DNA of 60,506 nucleotides from a virus (taxonomy: Duplodnaviria > Caudoviricetes): positions 1 through 60,506 of IMG/VR virus record IMGVR_UViG_3300010412_000013; one strand, written 5' to 3'. Under the pieces are notes generated by a model, which was given only the letters and a program-made list of their open reading frames with translations, searched no databases and was not told the origin of the DNA. The position numbers and the translations under genes were made by a program. Position 1 is the first letter of the stretch. Each line of letters starts with the position of its first letter. This document shows, piece by piece, positions 36,269 through 44,625 of the stretch.

Positions 36269-36297
36269 TGGATTTTTTGATTGCTGATGGCTATACT
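36269..36297 (+). promoter_or_regulatory. Early/middle-type promoter TGGATT-N17-TATACT
   Basis: Intergenic, upstream of exonuclease. Confidence 0.45.
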
Positions 36298-36380
36298 CTC
36301 GGTGTAGCCTTTTGAAATATAACTTCAAGTCTTCTTTAAGACTTTATAGAATATGAATAACTATTGTTGGTGAATTGTTT

Positions 36381-37082
36381 ATGTCTTCATTCCAGAACCT
36401 GAAATCGAAAAAATTCCATCATGACGACAGTTTTGTCTTTGAGTCATTGGATAAAACCACTGACGAAGATGGAACCCGCTTCTATTGTACACCAACAGGC
36501 GAAAAATATGTCTCAATGACAACTGCACTGAAGTGGATGTCAGAGAAAGGTATCCGCGACTGGAAGAAAAAGGTCGGCGAGGAAGAAGCCAAGAAGGTTT
36601 CTGAACATGCGACCTACAAGGGCAATGGTCTCCACATGATGTGCGAGAACTACCTGAATAATGAATCAATTCGTAATCATACCGAAAGGTTCATTCCACA
36701 TAAGTTTGCCTTTACCCAAATCAAGCCATTGTTGAACCGAATAGACAATGTGATTGCCATCGAAAAGCCTCTCTATTCCCACAAGTACAAGTTGGCAGGT
36801 CAGGTTGACTGTATTGCAGAATTTGATGGTGTTCTGTCTGTTATTGACTTCAAGTCTACCGGAAAGCCAAAGAAGAAAGAATGGATTACATCCTACTTCA
36901 TCCAAGAGACTGGCTATGCCAAGATGTTCGAAGAAATGTTTTCTATAGAGATTCCCCAGATTGTGACCATCATGGCAAATATCAATGACCACAAGCCGCA
37001 ACTGTTTATTGAGCCTCGTGCCGAGTGGGATGAAGCATTCGATGTGGCTATCGACCATTACTACACAAAGGTACATAAGTAA
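36381..37082 (+). CDS. PD-(D/E)XK exonuclease (T4-like exonuclease A)
   Basis: RFYxTPxG, SxTT, GxxxH, AGxVDCIAEFDG..VIDFKS, YFIQ...YA.MFEE. Confidence 0.85.
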   Translation: MSSFQNLKSKKFHHDDSFVFESLDKTTDEDGTRFYCTPTGEKYVSMTTALKWMSEKGIRDWKKKVGEEEAKKVSEHATYKGNGLHMMCENYLNNESIRNHTERFIPHKFAFTQIKPLLNRIDNVIAIEKPLYSHKYKLAGQVDCIAEFDGVLSVIDFKSTGKPKKKEWITSYFIQETGYAKMFEEMFSIEIPQIVTIMANINDHKPQLFIEPRAEWDEAFDVAIDHYYTKVHK

Positions 37083-37312
37083 TGGATTGGATTAATATTC
37101 TCATTGTTGTTTTTGGTTTGCCTGCTATCTGGATGGCAAACTTTCCCGAAGGTCACGGATTAAAGAGGTGGGCACCAGTCTTTGGTTTGGCTGGTCAACC
37201 TTTCTGGTTCTATGTGACATTCGTTGGTTCACAATGGGGAGCCTTTGCCATGACTGTGATATATACCACTGCATGGGCATATGGATTTTATAATCACTGG
37301 ATTAAGGGGTGA
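37082..37312 (+). CDS. Small 3-TM membrane protein (PnuC-like fragment)
   Basis: GLAGQPFW...QWG...Y..W..G. Confidence 0.6.
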   Translation: MDWINILIVVFGLPAIWMANFPEGHGLKRWAPVFGLAGQPFWFYVTFVGSQWGAFAMTVIYTTAWAYGFYNHWIKG

Positions 37313-37658
37313 ATAATGGGAACCAATTATTATGCGAGAGAGTTATGACAGATGAAATTATAAAGGCGATGTTTAGCAAACCAAAACAGCCGCCAGTTTT
37401 TGAAGTTGGGCAGACTGTAAGAGTGGTCTCAAGAATTGATGTGAACATGCCTGAAGAATTGAATTACTGGCTAAATGCTAAGTGCAAAGTATTGAGCATT
37501 GTTCCTCGTGGGTTTGGTTGCCGTGAATGGTGCTATGAGTTGCTGCACGAAAACGGCAGGCGGTGCGAGTTCAAGATTGAAGAATTAGATTTGCGATATA
37601 GAAAGCGTAAGTTCGCATAACACTGGATTAAGGGGTGAATAATGGGAACCAATTATTA
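37295..37658 (+). repeat. Perfect 38-bp direct repeat (37295-37332 and 37621-37658) flanking a 288-bp insert
   Basis: cactggattaaggggtgaataatgggaaccaattatta occurs twice. Confidence 0.95.
37345..37620 (+). CDS. SH3/KOW-like small protein carried on the repeat-flanked insert
   Basis: FEVGQTVRV...EELDL; stop abuts second repeat copy. Confidence 0.5.
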   Translation: MTDEIIKAMFSKPKQPPVFEVGQTVRVVSRIDVNMPEELNYWLNAKCKVLSIVPRGFGCREWCYELLHENGRRCEFKIEELDLRYRKRKFA

Positions 37659-37986
37659 CTTTCATGAACAACCAGACTGCGAATGTTGCGGAAGACCCTT
37701 CGAGGAAATCCATATCGGCAAGAGTTCGGGCGGCTGGTGCTTTTCGCTGCATGTCATACCAGAAATGGGAATCAACACATTGGCAGATTGGGAAAAACTC
37801 TGGACTAAAGAAGGCTCGTATATCAAAGACGAATATGGTCGTATTATTTCCATAGAAAACATGCGAGAAATCATAACCGAAAGGCGATGGCGCGGGGAAT
37901 TTCCCCAAAGGCACCAGATTGATGGAATACATTGCATCGGTCATGGTGATGGAACATGGGATTATGTTTTGGGGGAGTTTTCCTAA
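37642..37986 (+). CDS. Conserved phage hypothetical protein
   Basis: MGTNYY...CxCC...HIGKSSxGWxF...DEYG...EFS. Confidence 0.65.
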   Translation: MGTNYYFHEQPDCECCGRPFEEIHIGKSSGGWCFSLHVIPEMGINTLADWEKLWTKEGSYIKDEYGRIISIENMREIITERRWRGEFPQRHQIDGIHCIGHGDGTWDYVLGEFS

Positions 37987-37988
37987 TC

Positions 37989-38225
37989 ATGTATCAACCA
38001 AGCGAATCCCTTTTCAAGAAGGTCATGCAGTTCACTTCCGAAGTCAGGAAACTTGACCCATCCTGTGTGGTGAAGGTTCACCAGACCGATGTGGACTGCG
38101 TTATATCCTGCTATTCGCTAAAGTATAACCAGTCAACTCAGTATGCTGTGTGGGATGTTTATCATGCCGGAAAAGCTACCGGAAAACATGAAGGTGCCAC
38201 AATAGGCAAGTTTAGAATTAATTGA
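37989..38225 (+). CDS. Hypothetical protein
   Basis: Packed ORF. Confidence 0.4.
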   Translation: MYQPSESLFKKVMQFTSEVRKLDPSCVVKVHQTDVDCVISCYSLKYNQSTQYAVWDVYHAGKATGKHEGATIGKFRIN

Positions 38226-38232
38226 GGTCATT

Positions 38233-38493
38233 ATGCCACAAAAAGTGTTATGTGAAATTCGCAGATGTCGATGGGTCGGAGAATGGCATCAAATGTTGAC
38301 CGCACCAAATCCGTTTGATGAAGGTGACATTCTGTATGCCTGCCCAAACTGTAAGGAGATTGGTAGTGTCGTTGTGTGTTGTGATGAACCAGACTGCAAC
38401 CAGCCAGCCAATTGTGGAACGCCAACAAAAGTAGATGGTCAGGCAGTATACAGAAATACTTGCAGCAAACACAGACCAAAGGATAAAACATGA
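38233..38493 (+). CDS. Cys-rich Zn-binding hypothetical protein
   Basis: GAGG RBS; CxxxxC, CPNC, CxxxxC, CxxH. Confidence 0.55.
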   Translation: MPQKVLCEIRRCRWVGEWHQMLTAPNPFDEGDILYACPNCKEIGSVVVCCDEPDCNQPANCGTPTKVDGQAVYRNTCSKHRPKDKT

Positions 38494-38756
38494 TTATTGA
38501 AATATACAGGGTTGGAATGTTAGGAATAGCCAGAGACGAATTAATCCGCGTCTATGACGAATATCCTGTTGCTGCATTACATGTTGGTGACCAAATGATT
38601 GTGTGGGATGGATATGAAAATACCTACATTGGCACAATCGAATCCAAAATACATGACCTGACAAAAAACAAGGTCAAGATATATCTGCGCGGTATGTCGA
38701 AATACACTCCACCAAAAGGTGAATATGATGACGAAGAAGATTCCGGTTGGTACTGA
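38490..38756 (+). CDS. Hypothetical protein
   Basis: ATGA overlap. Confidence 0.45.
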   Translation: MIIEIYRVGMLGIARDELIRVYDEYPVAALHVGDQMIVWDGYENTYIGTIESKIHDLTKNKVKIYLRGMSKYTPPKGEYDDEEDSGWY

Positions 38757-39039
38757 TATAAAGACCCCACAGAACTTGGTTGATGCTATCTGGCTGGATG
38801 CCGAAGGGCTTTTCGTGAACCTGAATGTGGTCGATGGCAAATTGACAGATTCTGCCCAGATACATATTGAAAGGATATTTGAGGCACTGGATGAATTTGC
38901 AATTAACAATGGCTTAAACCGACCTATCCCTTTTGGAACCAGTGATAAACGAGGCGGTTGTTTTATGCCAAGAAAATACTTTGGGGTTGAATACAATGAC
39001 AGACACAAAAAAACCTACCTTTCCGAAGCTGCTGAATAA
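38725..39039 (+). CDS. Hypothetical protein
   Basis: AGGTG RBS. Confidence 0.45.
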   Translation: MMTKKIPVGTDIKTPQNLVDAIWLDAEGLFVNLNVVDGKLTDSAQIHIERIFEALDEFAINNGLNRPIPFGTSDKRGGCFMPRKYFGVEYNDRHKKTYLSEAAE

Positions 39040-39227
39040 GCTAACAGGTAACTATTGGGATGGCAAGACTTTTGATGACGCCATCATAAAAGACCTGATA
39101 TTTCCTAACTCATTGTCTAGGAACAGGCATTTCGATTCTATCTGGCATCCTGTCATAATGGACTACATTTCATTTGACAATCGTGTCTGGCATCCTGTAG
39201 AATAAACGAAAATCAGAGGGCTAATGT

Positions 39228-39623
39228 ATGGCAAAGGTTATCATTGCTGGTGGTCGTGACTTCAATAGCATGAAAGTTCTTGAAGCCACAATGAAATATG
39301 TGATGGCACCTGATGGTGAAAATATTCAGGTTGATGAAGTCATTACTGGTTGTGCCGTTGGTGCCGATACGCTTGGCATGAAATGGGCAGAAGCCAATGG
39401 AATACCTGTGACCAAGATGCCAGCCTCTTGGAAGGAACATGGCAAGAAAGCTGGTATCATGAGAAACCTGCAAATGGCTCATGAGGGCGATGTTCTTGTC
39501 GCTTTCTGGGATACAAAATCGAAGGGAACTGGTCACATGATAAGCATTGCCCAGAAGAAGGGATTGAAGGTTATTGTGAGACAATACAACCTGCCGGAAA
39601 AGGCAAGGTGCATGGGTGTTTGA
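39228..39623 (+). CDS. SLOG-superfamily (YspA/DUF2493-like) protein
   Basis: IIAGGRDF, GCAxGAD, AGxxRNxQM, AFWDxxSKGT. Confidence 0.85.
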   Translation: MAKVIIAGGRDFNSMKVLEATMKYVMAPDGENIQVDEVITGCAVGADTLGMKWAEANGIPVTKMPASWKEHGKKAGIMRNLQMAHEGDVLVAFWDTKSKGTGHMISIAQKKGLKVIVRQYNLPEKARCMGV

Positions 39624-40741
39624 TGTACAAGCCATATTTCATGAAGGATGTGCATGACGCATCCGCACAAAACAAATTCACTGTCATATCGACATTCGCT
39701 GGTGGGGGAGGTTCCTCTACCGGCTATCGTCTTGCTGGCGGAAAACTGCTGTGTGTGAATGAATTTGTGCCAGAAGCCATTGCCACCTATCATGCCAACT
39801 ATCCAGACACACCAATACTGTCAGGCGATTTTAGGGAACTGAAAGCCGAAGACTTCCTGAATGCTGCTGGCATATCAGTAGGTGAGCTTGACATCCTTGA
39901 CGGTTCGCCTCCCTGCATGGCATTCACAGAGAACAATGGTGGAGGCTACAAGCAATGGGGAAAAGACAAGAACTACAGTGATGTGACACTGACCAATGCC
40001 GAAGACCTTTTCTTTGACTTCCTTGCCATGGCAGACCAACTGAAACCGAAGGTTATCATTGCCGAGAATGTCAGGGGCATAGGCAAGAGCCAACACAAGC
40101 ATTACTTCAACCGTATCCTGAACACCATGTCAGACATCGGCTATGTGCCGACAGCCAAGATGCTGGATGCATCTTACTTTGGTGTTCCACAATCAAGGCT
40201 GAGGTATTTCTTTGTCGGTATTCGAAAAGACATCGCTGCCGAGAAAGGCATCAACCGAATGAACATTGCCAAGAGGGTCTACCCGAAAGAGAATGACACC
40301 CAGACTGTTGTTGGTGATGCGATTCGAGACCTGATGACAGACCCGCAGAATATCCTTGATGGTGAATACCTTGAATCCAAGATGAAAACCATGTCGAAGT
40401 ATGAGTGGGTCAAGCAATTCAAGGGTGACAAGGTTGACAGACCAATAAAGATGTCTGAGATACACCCGAAAGGAAGTTTCTGGAACACAACAAGACTGTT
40501 ATGGAACTATCCTTGCTGGACAATCACCCAGACAGGATTGACCGAAGGATTGCAGACACATCTTCATCCAGAATATGACCGTGGCATTACCTTGATGGAA
40601 TCCAAGCGAATTATGAGCCTGCCTGATGACTATATCCTGACAGGCAAGCTGAACCAGCAATATGAAAGGGTTGGCAGGATGGTTGCCCCACTGCAAATGA
40701 AAGCCTTGGCTGAAAACATTTATGAGAAGGTGTTGAAATGA
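39623..40741 (+). CDS. C5-cytosine DNA methyltransferase family (possibly carboxymethyltransferase)
   Basis: FAGGGG motif I, GSPPC motif IV, ENV motif VI, QSRxR motif VIII; motif X reads GRMV instead of GNxV. Confidence 0.9.
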   Translation: MYKPYFMKDVHDASAQNKFTVISTFAGGGGSSTGYRLAGGKLLCVNEFVPEAIATYHANYPDTPILSGDFRELKAEDFLNAAGISVGELDILDGSPPCMAFTENNGGGYKQWGKDKNYSDVTLTNAEDLFFDFLAMADQLKPKVIIAENVRGIGKSQHKHYFNRILNTMSDIGYVPTAKMLDASYFGVPQSRLRYFFVGIRKDIAAEKGINRMNIAKRVYPKENDTQTVVGDAIRDLMTDPQNILDGEYLESKMKTMSKYEWVKQFKGDKVDRPIKMSEIHPKGSFWNTTRLLWNYPCWTITQTGLTEGLQTHLHPEYDRGITLMESKRIMSLPDDYILTGKLNQQYERVGRMVAPLQMKALAENIYEKVLK

Positions 40742-41451
40742 GATTTACTTTTGCCAATGAACCCGAAGGATTCGATGTACATATCAACAATTCGATTCGA
40801 GGCTATAGCGAACTCTGGACAGATGTTGTAAAGATGTCTGACTATTTCGTCTCTGAGGAATCGTTAATAATTGACATCGGATGTTCGACAGGCAAGATGC
40901 TGGTTGCCATGGCTGAAAGGGCACATGACAAAAATCTTGACCCAGTACATTGTTTGGGATTTGAGGTTGAAGAAGACTTCAGGCAACCGCTTGCAGATAA
41001 TTTCCTGAATTCGACAATCAATACTTCTGATGCGGTAACACTTGGGGTGAAGATGGAAGATATTGCCAATTTTGATTTTAGCAAATTGCCCTATGGCATA
41101 TCCTATGCCACTTCCATATTTACCTTGCAGTTCATCCAGAAGGAAAAACGCCAGAAGATTATCAGAGAAATCTACAATAACATGAAAGTCGGTGGTGCCT
41201 TTGTCTTTGCTGAAAAGGTCTATTCACCTAACGCCCAATTGCAGGATGTGATGACCTTCATGCATTATGACCATAAGTCAAAGAACTTTTCTGCTGAAGA
41301 AATACTAAATAAGGAAAGAACCCTGAGAAATATGCTGAGACCCAACACCCGTGAAGAATTGGAAGACATGATTGGAAAGGCAGGTTTCACATCGGTTCAA
41401 CCATTCTGGCAGAACTATAATTTTGTCGGGTATATCTGCATAAAGACCTGA
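40738..41451 (+). CDS. cmoA: CmoA-like carboxy-SAM synthase / class I SAM-dependent enzyme
   Basis: FDxHIxxSIRGY, DIGCSTG, FTLQF, AEK, FWQNYNF parallel CmoA blocks. Confidence 0.75.
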   Translation: MRFTFANEPEGFDVHINNSIRGYSELWTDVVKMSDYFVSEESLIIDIGCSTGKMLVAMAERAHDKNLDPVHCLGFEVEEDFRQPLADNFLNSTINTSDAVTLGVKMEDIANFDFSKLPYGISYATSIFTLQFIQKEKRQKIIREIYNNMKVGGAFVFAEKVYSPNAQLQDVMTFMHYDHKSKNFSAEEILNKERTLRNMLRPNTREELEDMIGKAGFTSVQPFWQNYNFVGYICIKT

Positions 41452-41466
41452 CAAGGGAAAAAACCA

Positions 41467-42420
41467 ATGAAAACAGTATTGTCAATAGATGGCGGTGGAA
41501 TAAAAGGAATAATCGCTGCATTGGCATTGGAAGAAATTGAGAGGCAAATAGGAAAGCCCATTTCAGACTGCTTCGACCTTATATGTGGAGTAAGCACAGG
41601 CGGAATCATTGCCTCAATACTGACCATACCTGATGACGACGGAAGACCAAAATATAAAGCCAGTGATGTCGTCAAGTTTTACAGGGAAGAGGGAAGGAGA
41701 ATATTCAGGAAGCGTTCGAAAATCCCGTTCTACTATCTGTTCAAATCAAAATATCGCCATTCGAGACTGAAGGATGCAATCCGTTCAAGGATAGGTGACC
41801 TTCCATTCAATCACCTGACAAACAGGGTCATGATACCCTGCTATGACCTGATAGAGAGAAGACCCTATTTCTTCAAGAACTGGTATCCTGATATTATTAA
41901 TGTGGCTACATACCAAGTAGCGACAGCCACTTCAAGTGCCCCAACCTACTTTGACCCACAGATATGCAACATGGGAAATGGTTCCACTAGGAAACTTCTT
42001 GTTGATGGTTCTGTTGCTGTCAATAACCCAACCGCCTGCGCGTATGCGGAAGCCAAGCGTCTCTGGGGCAATGAAGAGATTTTTGTGGTGTCAATAGGAA
42101 CCGGTGACGTGACAGACCCTATCGAGAATCAGAAGAGGTGGGGATTCCTTAATTGGTATCCAGAAGTCATTGAGGTTCTTGTTGATGCCCCAACCAATAC
42201 AGTAGACTATCAATTGAGGAACATGATACCAAGACACTATGTCAGGTTCCAGAACAAGATAAACTACTCTTCCGAAAAACTGGATGATGTGTCATTCAGG
42301 AACATAAGAAGGCTATTGACTGAAGGGAAGTCCTTTGTGGAATCGGATTACCACAAATACACTTTCACCATCACTGCACTAAAAAAACGATTGAAGGAAA
42401 AGACTGATGAAAAGGTTTAG
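41467..42420 (+). CDS. Patatin-like phospholipase
   Basis: LSIDGGG, GVSTG, SAPTYF, DGS..NNP, SIGTG. Confidence 0.9.
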   Translation: MKTVLSIDGGGIKGIIAALALEEIERQIGKPISDCFDLICGVSTGGIIASILTIPDDDGRPKYKASDVVKFYREEGRRIFRKRSKIPFYYLFKSKYRHSRLKDAIRSRIGDLPFNHLTNRVMIPCYDLIERRPYFFKNWYPDIINVATYQVATATSSAPTYFDPQICNMGNGSTRKLLVDGSVAVNNPTACAYAEAKRLWGNEEIFVVSIGTGDVTDPIENQKRWGFLNWYPEVIEVLVDAPTNTVDYQLRNMIPRHYVRFQNKINYSSEKLDDVSFRNIRRLLTEGKSFVESDYHKYTFTITALKKRLKEKTDEKV

Positions 42421-42622
42421 TCTATTGATTGTTATGTGTTGCTCCCTGACTGGCTGTGGAATATTTCCGGAAGAAGCCAGTGGAGAAGTTCATGATGTCT
42501 GTATCGTTGGATATAAATACAGGGTAAATATCTATCCCAACATGAAGGTCATATCATCGGCAAGACCCATCGTGGATAGTTATGGTAACATGATAACCTG
42601 CGTTACCAACTGGACTGATTAA
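42407..42622 (+). CDS. Small lipoprotein
   Basis: Lipobox LTGC. Confidence 0.6.
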   Translation: MKRFSLLIVMCCSLTGCGIFPEEASGEVHDVCIVGYKYRVNIYPNMKVISSARPIVDSYGNMITCVTNWTD

Positions 42623-42975
42623 TGGTTGACAATGACATGGAATTCAGTAGAATAGTCAGAAACCTAATCAAAAATAACATGAGAGACCATATTATGTTTT
42701 CTGTGGTAGAACCCATAAGCGACCATGCTCAAATGACGAAAAATATCATTCTTGAAAAATTCCCAAGCCAACAACAGTTCTCGTTGATGATAGAGGATAT
42801 GGCTAAGGAACTCAACCAAACCTATGTAGACACAATAGTCTACTATTGTGAGAAGAATGAAATCGACATTGAATCCGTATCAAAACTTATCAATCCCACG
42901 CTCAAAGACAAGATTCAGATTGAATATGAAAATCTGAACATGCTCCCCAAGAAACCCAAACTGAAAAAACACTGA
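42622..42975 (+). CDS. gp33: Late transcription co-activator gp33 (alternative start 42694)
   Basis: FSxxIE...YxDxIxxYCExNxIxxE...LKxKIxxE..NLN.L; synteny 33-59-32. Confidence 0.85.
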   Translation: MVDNDMEFSRIVRNLIKNNMRDHIMFSVVEPISDHAQMTKNIILEKFPSQQQFSLMIEDMAKELNQTYVDTIVYYCEKNEIDIESVSKLINPTLKDKIQIEYENLNMLPKKPKLKKH

Positions 42976-42979
42976 CATC

Positions 42980-43624
42980 ATGTTTTTAAATGAGTCCGAA
43001 GGCTTCGAAGCCTATAAGACATACCTTGCCATAAAGCAACACTTTACCAAAGAATCTTATGACTTCTTCAAGTACGATGGTAAGGTCAGGGCGAAGAAAG
43101 ATACCTTCAAGAAGCGCAATGACAAGTATTTTTTTTCCAAGCTGAACAGGAACTATTCGGGCGATGACCTGATATGGTTTCTCGTTGCAAACTTTATTAC
43201 TGGTCAGGATGTGTGGATTGGTAATCTGGTAAACCAACCAGAGTACCATTCAAATTACATCAAGACCAAGCGAACGATTGAAAGCCTCGAATACACTTTC
43301 GGGAAAGACTTGCAGACACTGGTAGACCTATGTGATAACCAATTGGACTTCAACAGGATGTTCAAGGTGGTTGACAACAAGCATCCTGCTATAGTGAAAT
43401 TCGTGCTTCAGAACAAGATACAGATTGAAACCTTTATCCTTATGGATTGTGTTATAGGCTGTATCGACAGAATTGATGCTGTTTTGGATGAACCATATAT
43501 ATGGGGTAATCTGAAAAAGCGATGCAGAAAGTATAAACCCTTTCTGATTGATGATGAAGATATTCCTAAATTCGGGAAAATCATGAAAGACGTTGTTATG
43601 CAGATTGCGAATACAACTACCTAA
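42980..43624 (+). CDS. gp59: Helicase loader gp59
   Basis: YLAIKxHF...YDFFKYxGK...FxKRNDKYFFxKL, ANF, IETF. Confidence 0.9.
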   Translation: MFLNESEGFEAYKTYLAIKQHFTKESYDFFKYDGKVRAKKDTFKKRNDKYFFSKLNRNYSGDDLIWFLVANFITGQDVWIGNLVNQPEYHSNYIKTKRTIESLEYTFGKDLQTLVDLCDNQLDFNRMFKVVDNKHPAIVKFVLQNKIQIETFILMDCVIGCIDRIDAVLDEPYIWGNLKKRCRKYKPFLIDDEDIPKFGKIMKDVVMQIANTTT

Positions 43625-43662
43625 AACAAGCTATACAACAAACTATACAACCGGAGAAAACT

Positions 43663-44583
43663 ATGAGTAACTCATTCAAAGACTTCAAGAAAAACCGCAC
43701 CAAGAATGCCGAGGCAGTAAAAAGCGCGATGACCGAATCTGATTCGAAAGATGAAAGGTTCTGGAAGGCGACAGTCGATAAGGCAGGTAACGGTTTTGCA
43801 GTCATTCGATTCCTTCCTGCACCAGAGGGCGAAACAATGCCATTTGTTCACCTGTGGAACCATGGATTCAAGGGACCAAGCGGCAAATGGTATATCGAGA
43901 ATTCCCTGTCATCACTTGGCAAAAATATTGCTGACCCAGTGTCAGAAGCAAACTCTGCCCTGTGGAACCAGAACAAGGATGAAAATTGCCCAGACAAGAA
44001 AGTTGCTCGCGAAAGGAAGCGTAACCTGAACTACTACGCCAACATCTTGGTTGTTAAAGACCCTGCTTGCCCAGACAACGAAGGCAAGGTATTCCTGTAT
44101 CGTTTCGGTAAGAAAATCTACGAAAAGGTTCAGGCAAAACTCAAACCTGAGTATGAAGGCGAATCGAGCGTAACGGTTTATGATTTCTGGGAAGGTGCAA
44201 ACTTCAAGCTGAAAATCAAGCAGAAGGGTGGTTTCTGGAACTATGACGATTCCGAGTTTGAACCAGTATCAGCATTGATGGATGGTGACGATGAAAAACT
44301 GGAAGCACTCTGGAAAACGGAACATAGCCTTGAGGCAATCACTGCGCCAGAAAACTTCAAGACCTATGCCGAATTGAAGAAACGCTTTATTGAGACTGTT
44401 GGTCTTGATGACAAGGCGGTTCGTTTGATGGGATGGGCTGATGCGGGTGAAGCTGCTCCTGCCAAGTCTGAGAAGACTGCACAGGCAAAGGCAATCCCAA
44501 CTGCTGAGGAAGATGATATTCCATTTGATGTTGACGACGAAGATATGGATTATTTCAGCAAGGCTGCTGGCGAATCTGCTTGA
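43663..44583 (+). CDS. gp32: Single-stranded DNA-binding protein gp32
   Basis: DERFWK..DKAGNGFAVIRFLP, WYIENS, GKVFLY.FGKKI, GANFKLK, acidic tail. Confidence 0.97.
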   Translation: MSNSFKDFKKNRTKNAEAVKSAMTESDSKDERFWKATVDKAGNGFAVIRFLPAPEGETMPFVHLWNHGFKGPSGKWYIENSLSSLGKNIADPVSEANSALWNQNKDENCPDKKVARERKRNLNYYANILVVKDPACPDNEGKVFLYRFGKKIYEKVQAKLKPEYEGESSVTVYDFWEGANFKLKIKQKGGFWNYDDSEFEPVSALMDGDDEKLEALWKTEHSLEAITAPENFKTYAELKKRFIETVGLDDKAVRLMGWADAGEAAPAKSEKTAQAKAIPTAEEDDIPFDVDDEDMDYFSKAAGESA

Positions 44584-44593
44584 GGTTTGGCAG

Positions 44594-44625
44594 AAAAAAG
44601 AAAGGGGCTTAATGCCCCTTTTTTT
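44594..44625. terminator. Bidirectional Rho-independent terminator
   Basis: AAAGGGGC-ttaat-GCCCCTTT with A and T runs, between convergent genes. Confidence 0.85.

Noticed and set aside
39141-39198. tctggcatcctgt repeated twice
   Set aside because: 13-bp repeat encoding WHPV twice in a small uncertain ORF; too short to interpret.
41467-42420. Complete CBASS operon
   Set aside because: No CD-NTase or Cap2/Cap3 adjacent; the nucleotidyltransferase at 24580 is distant and of a different type.
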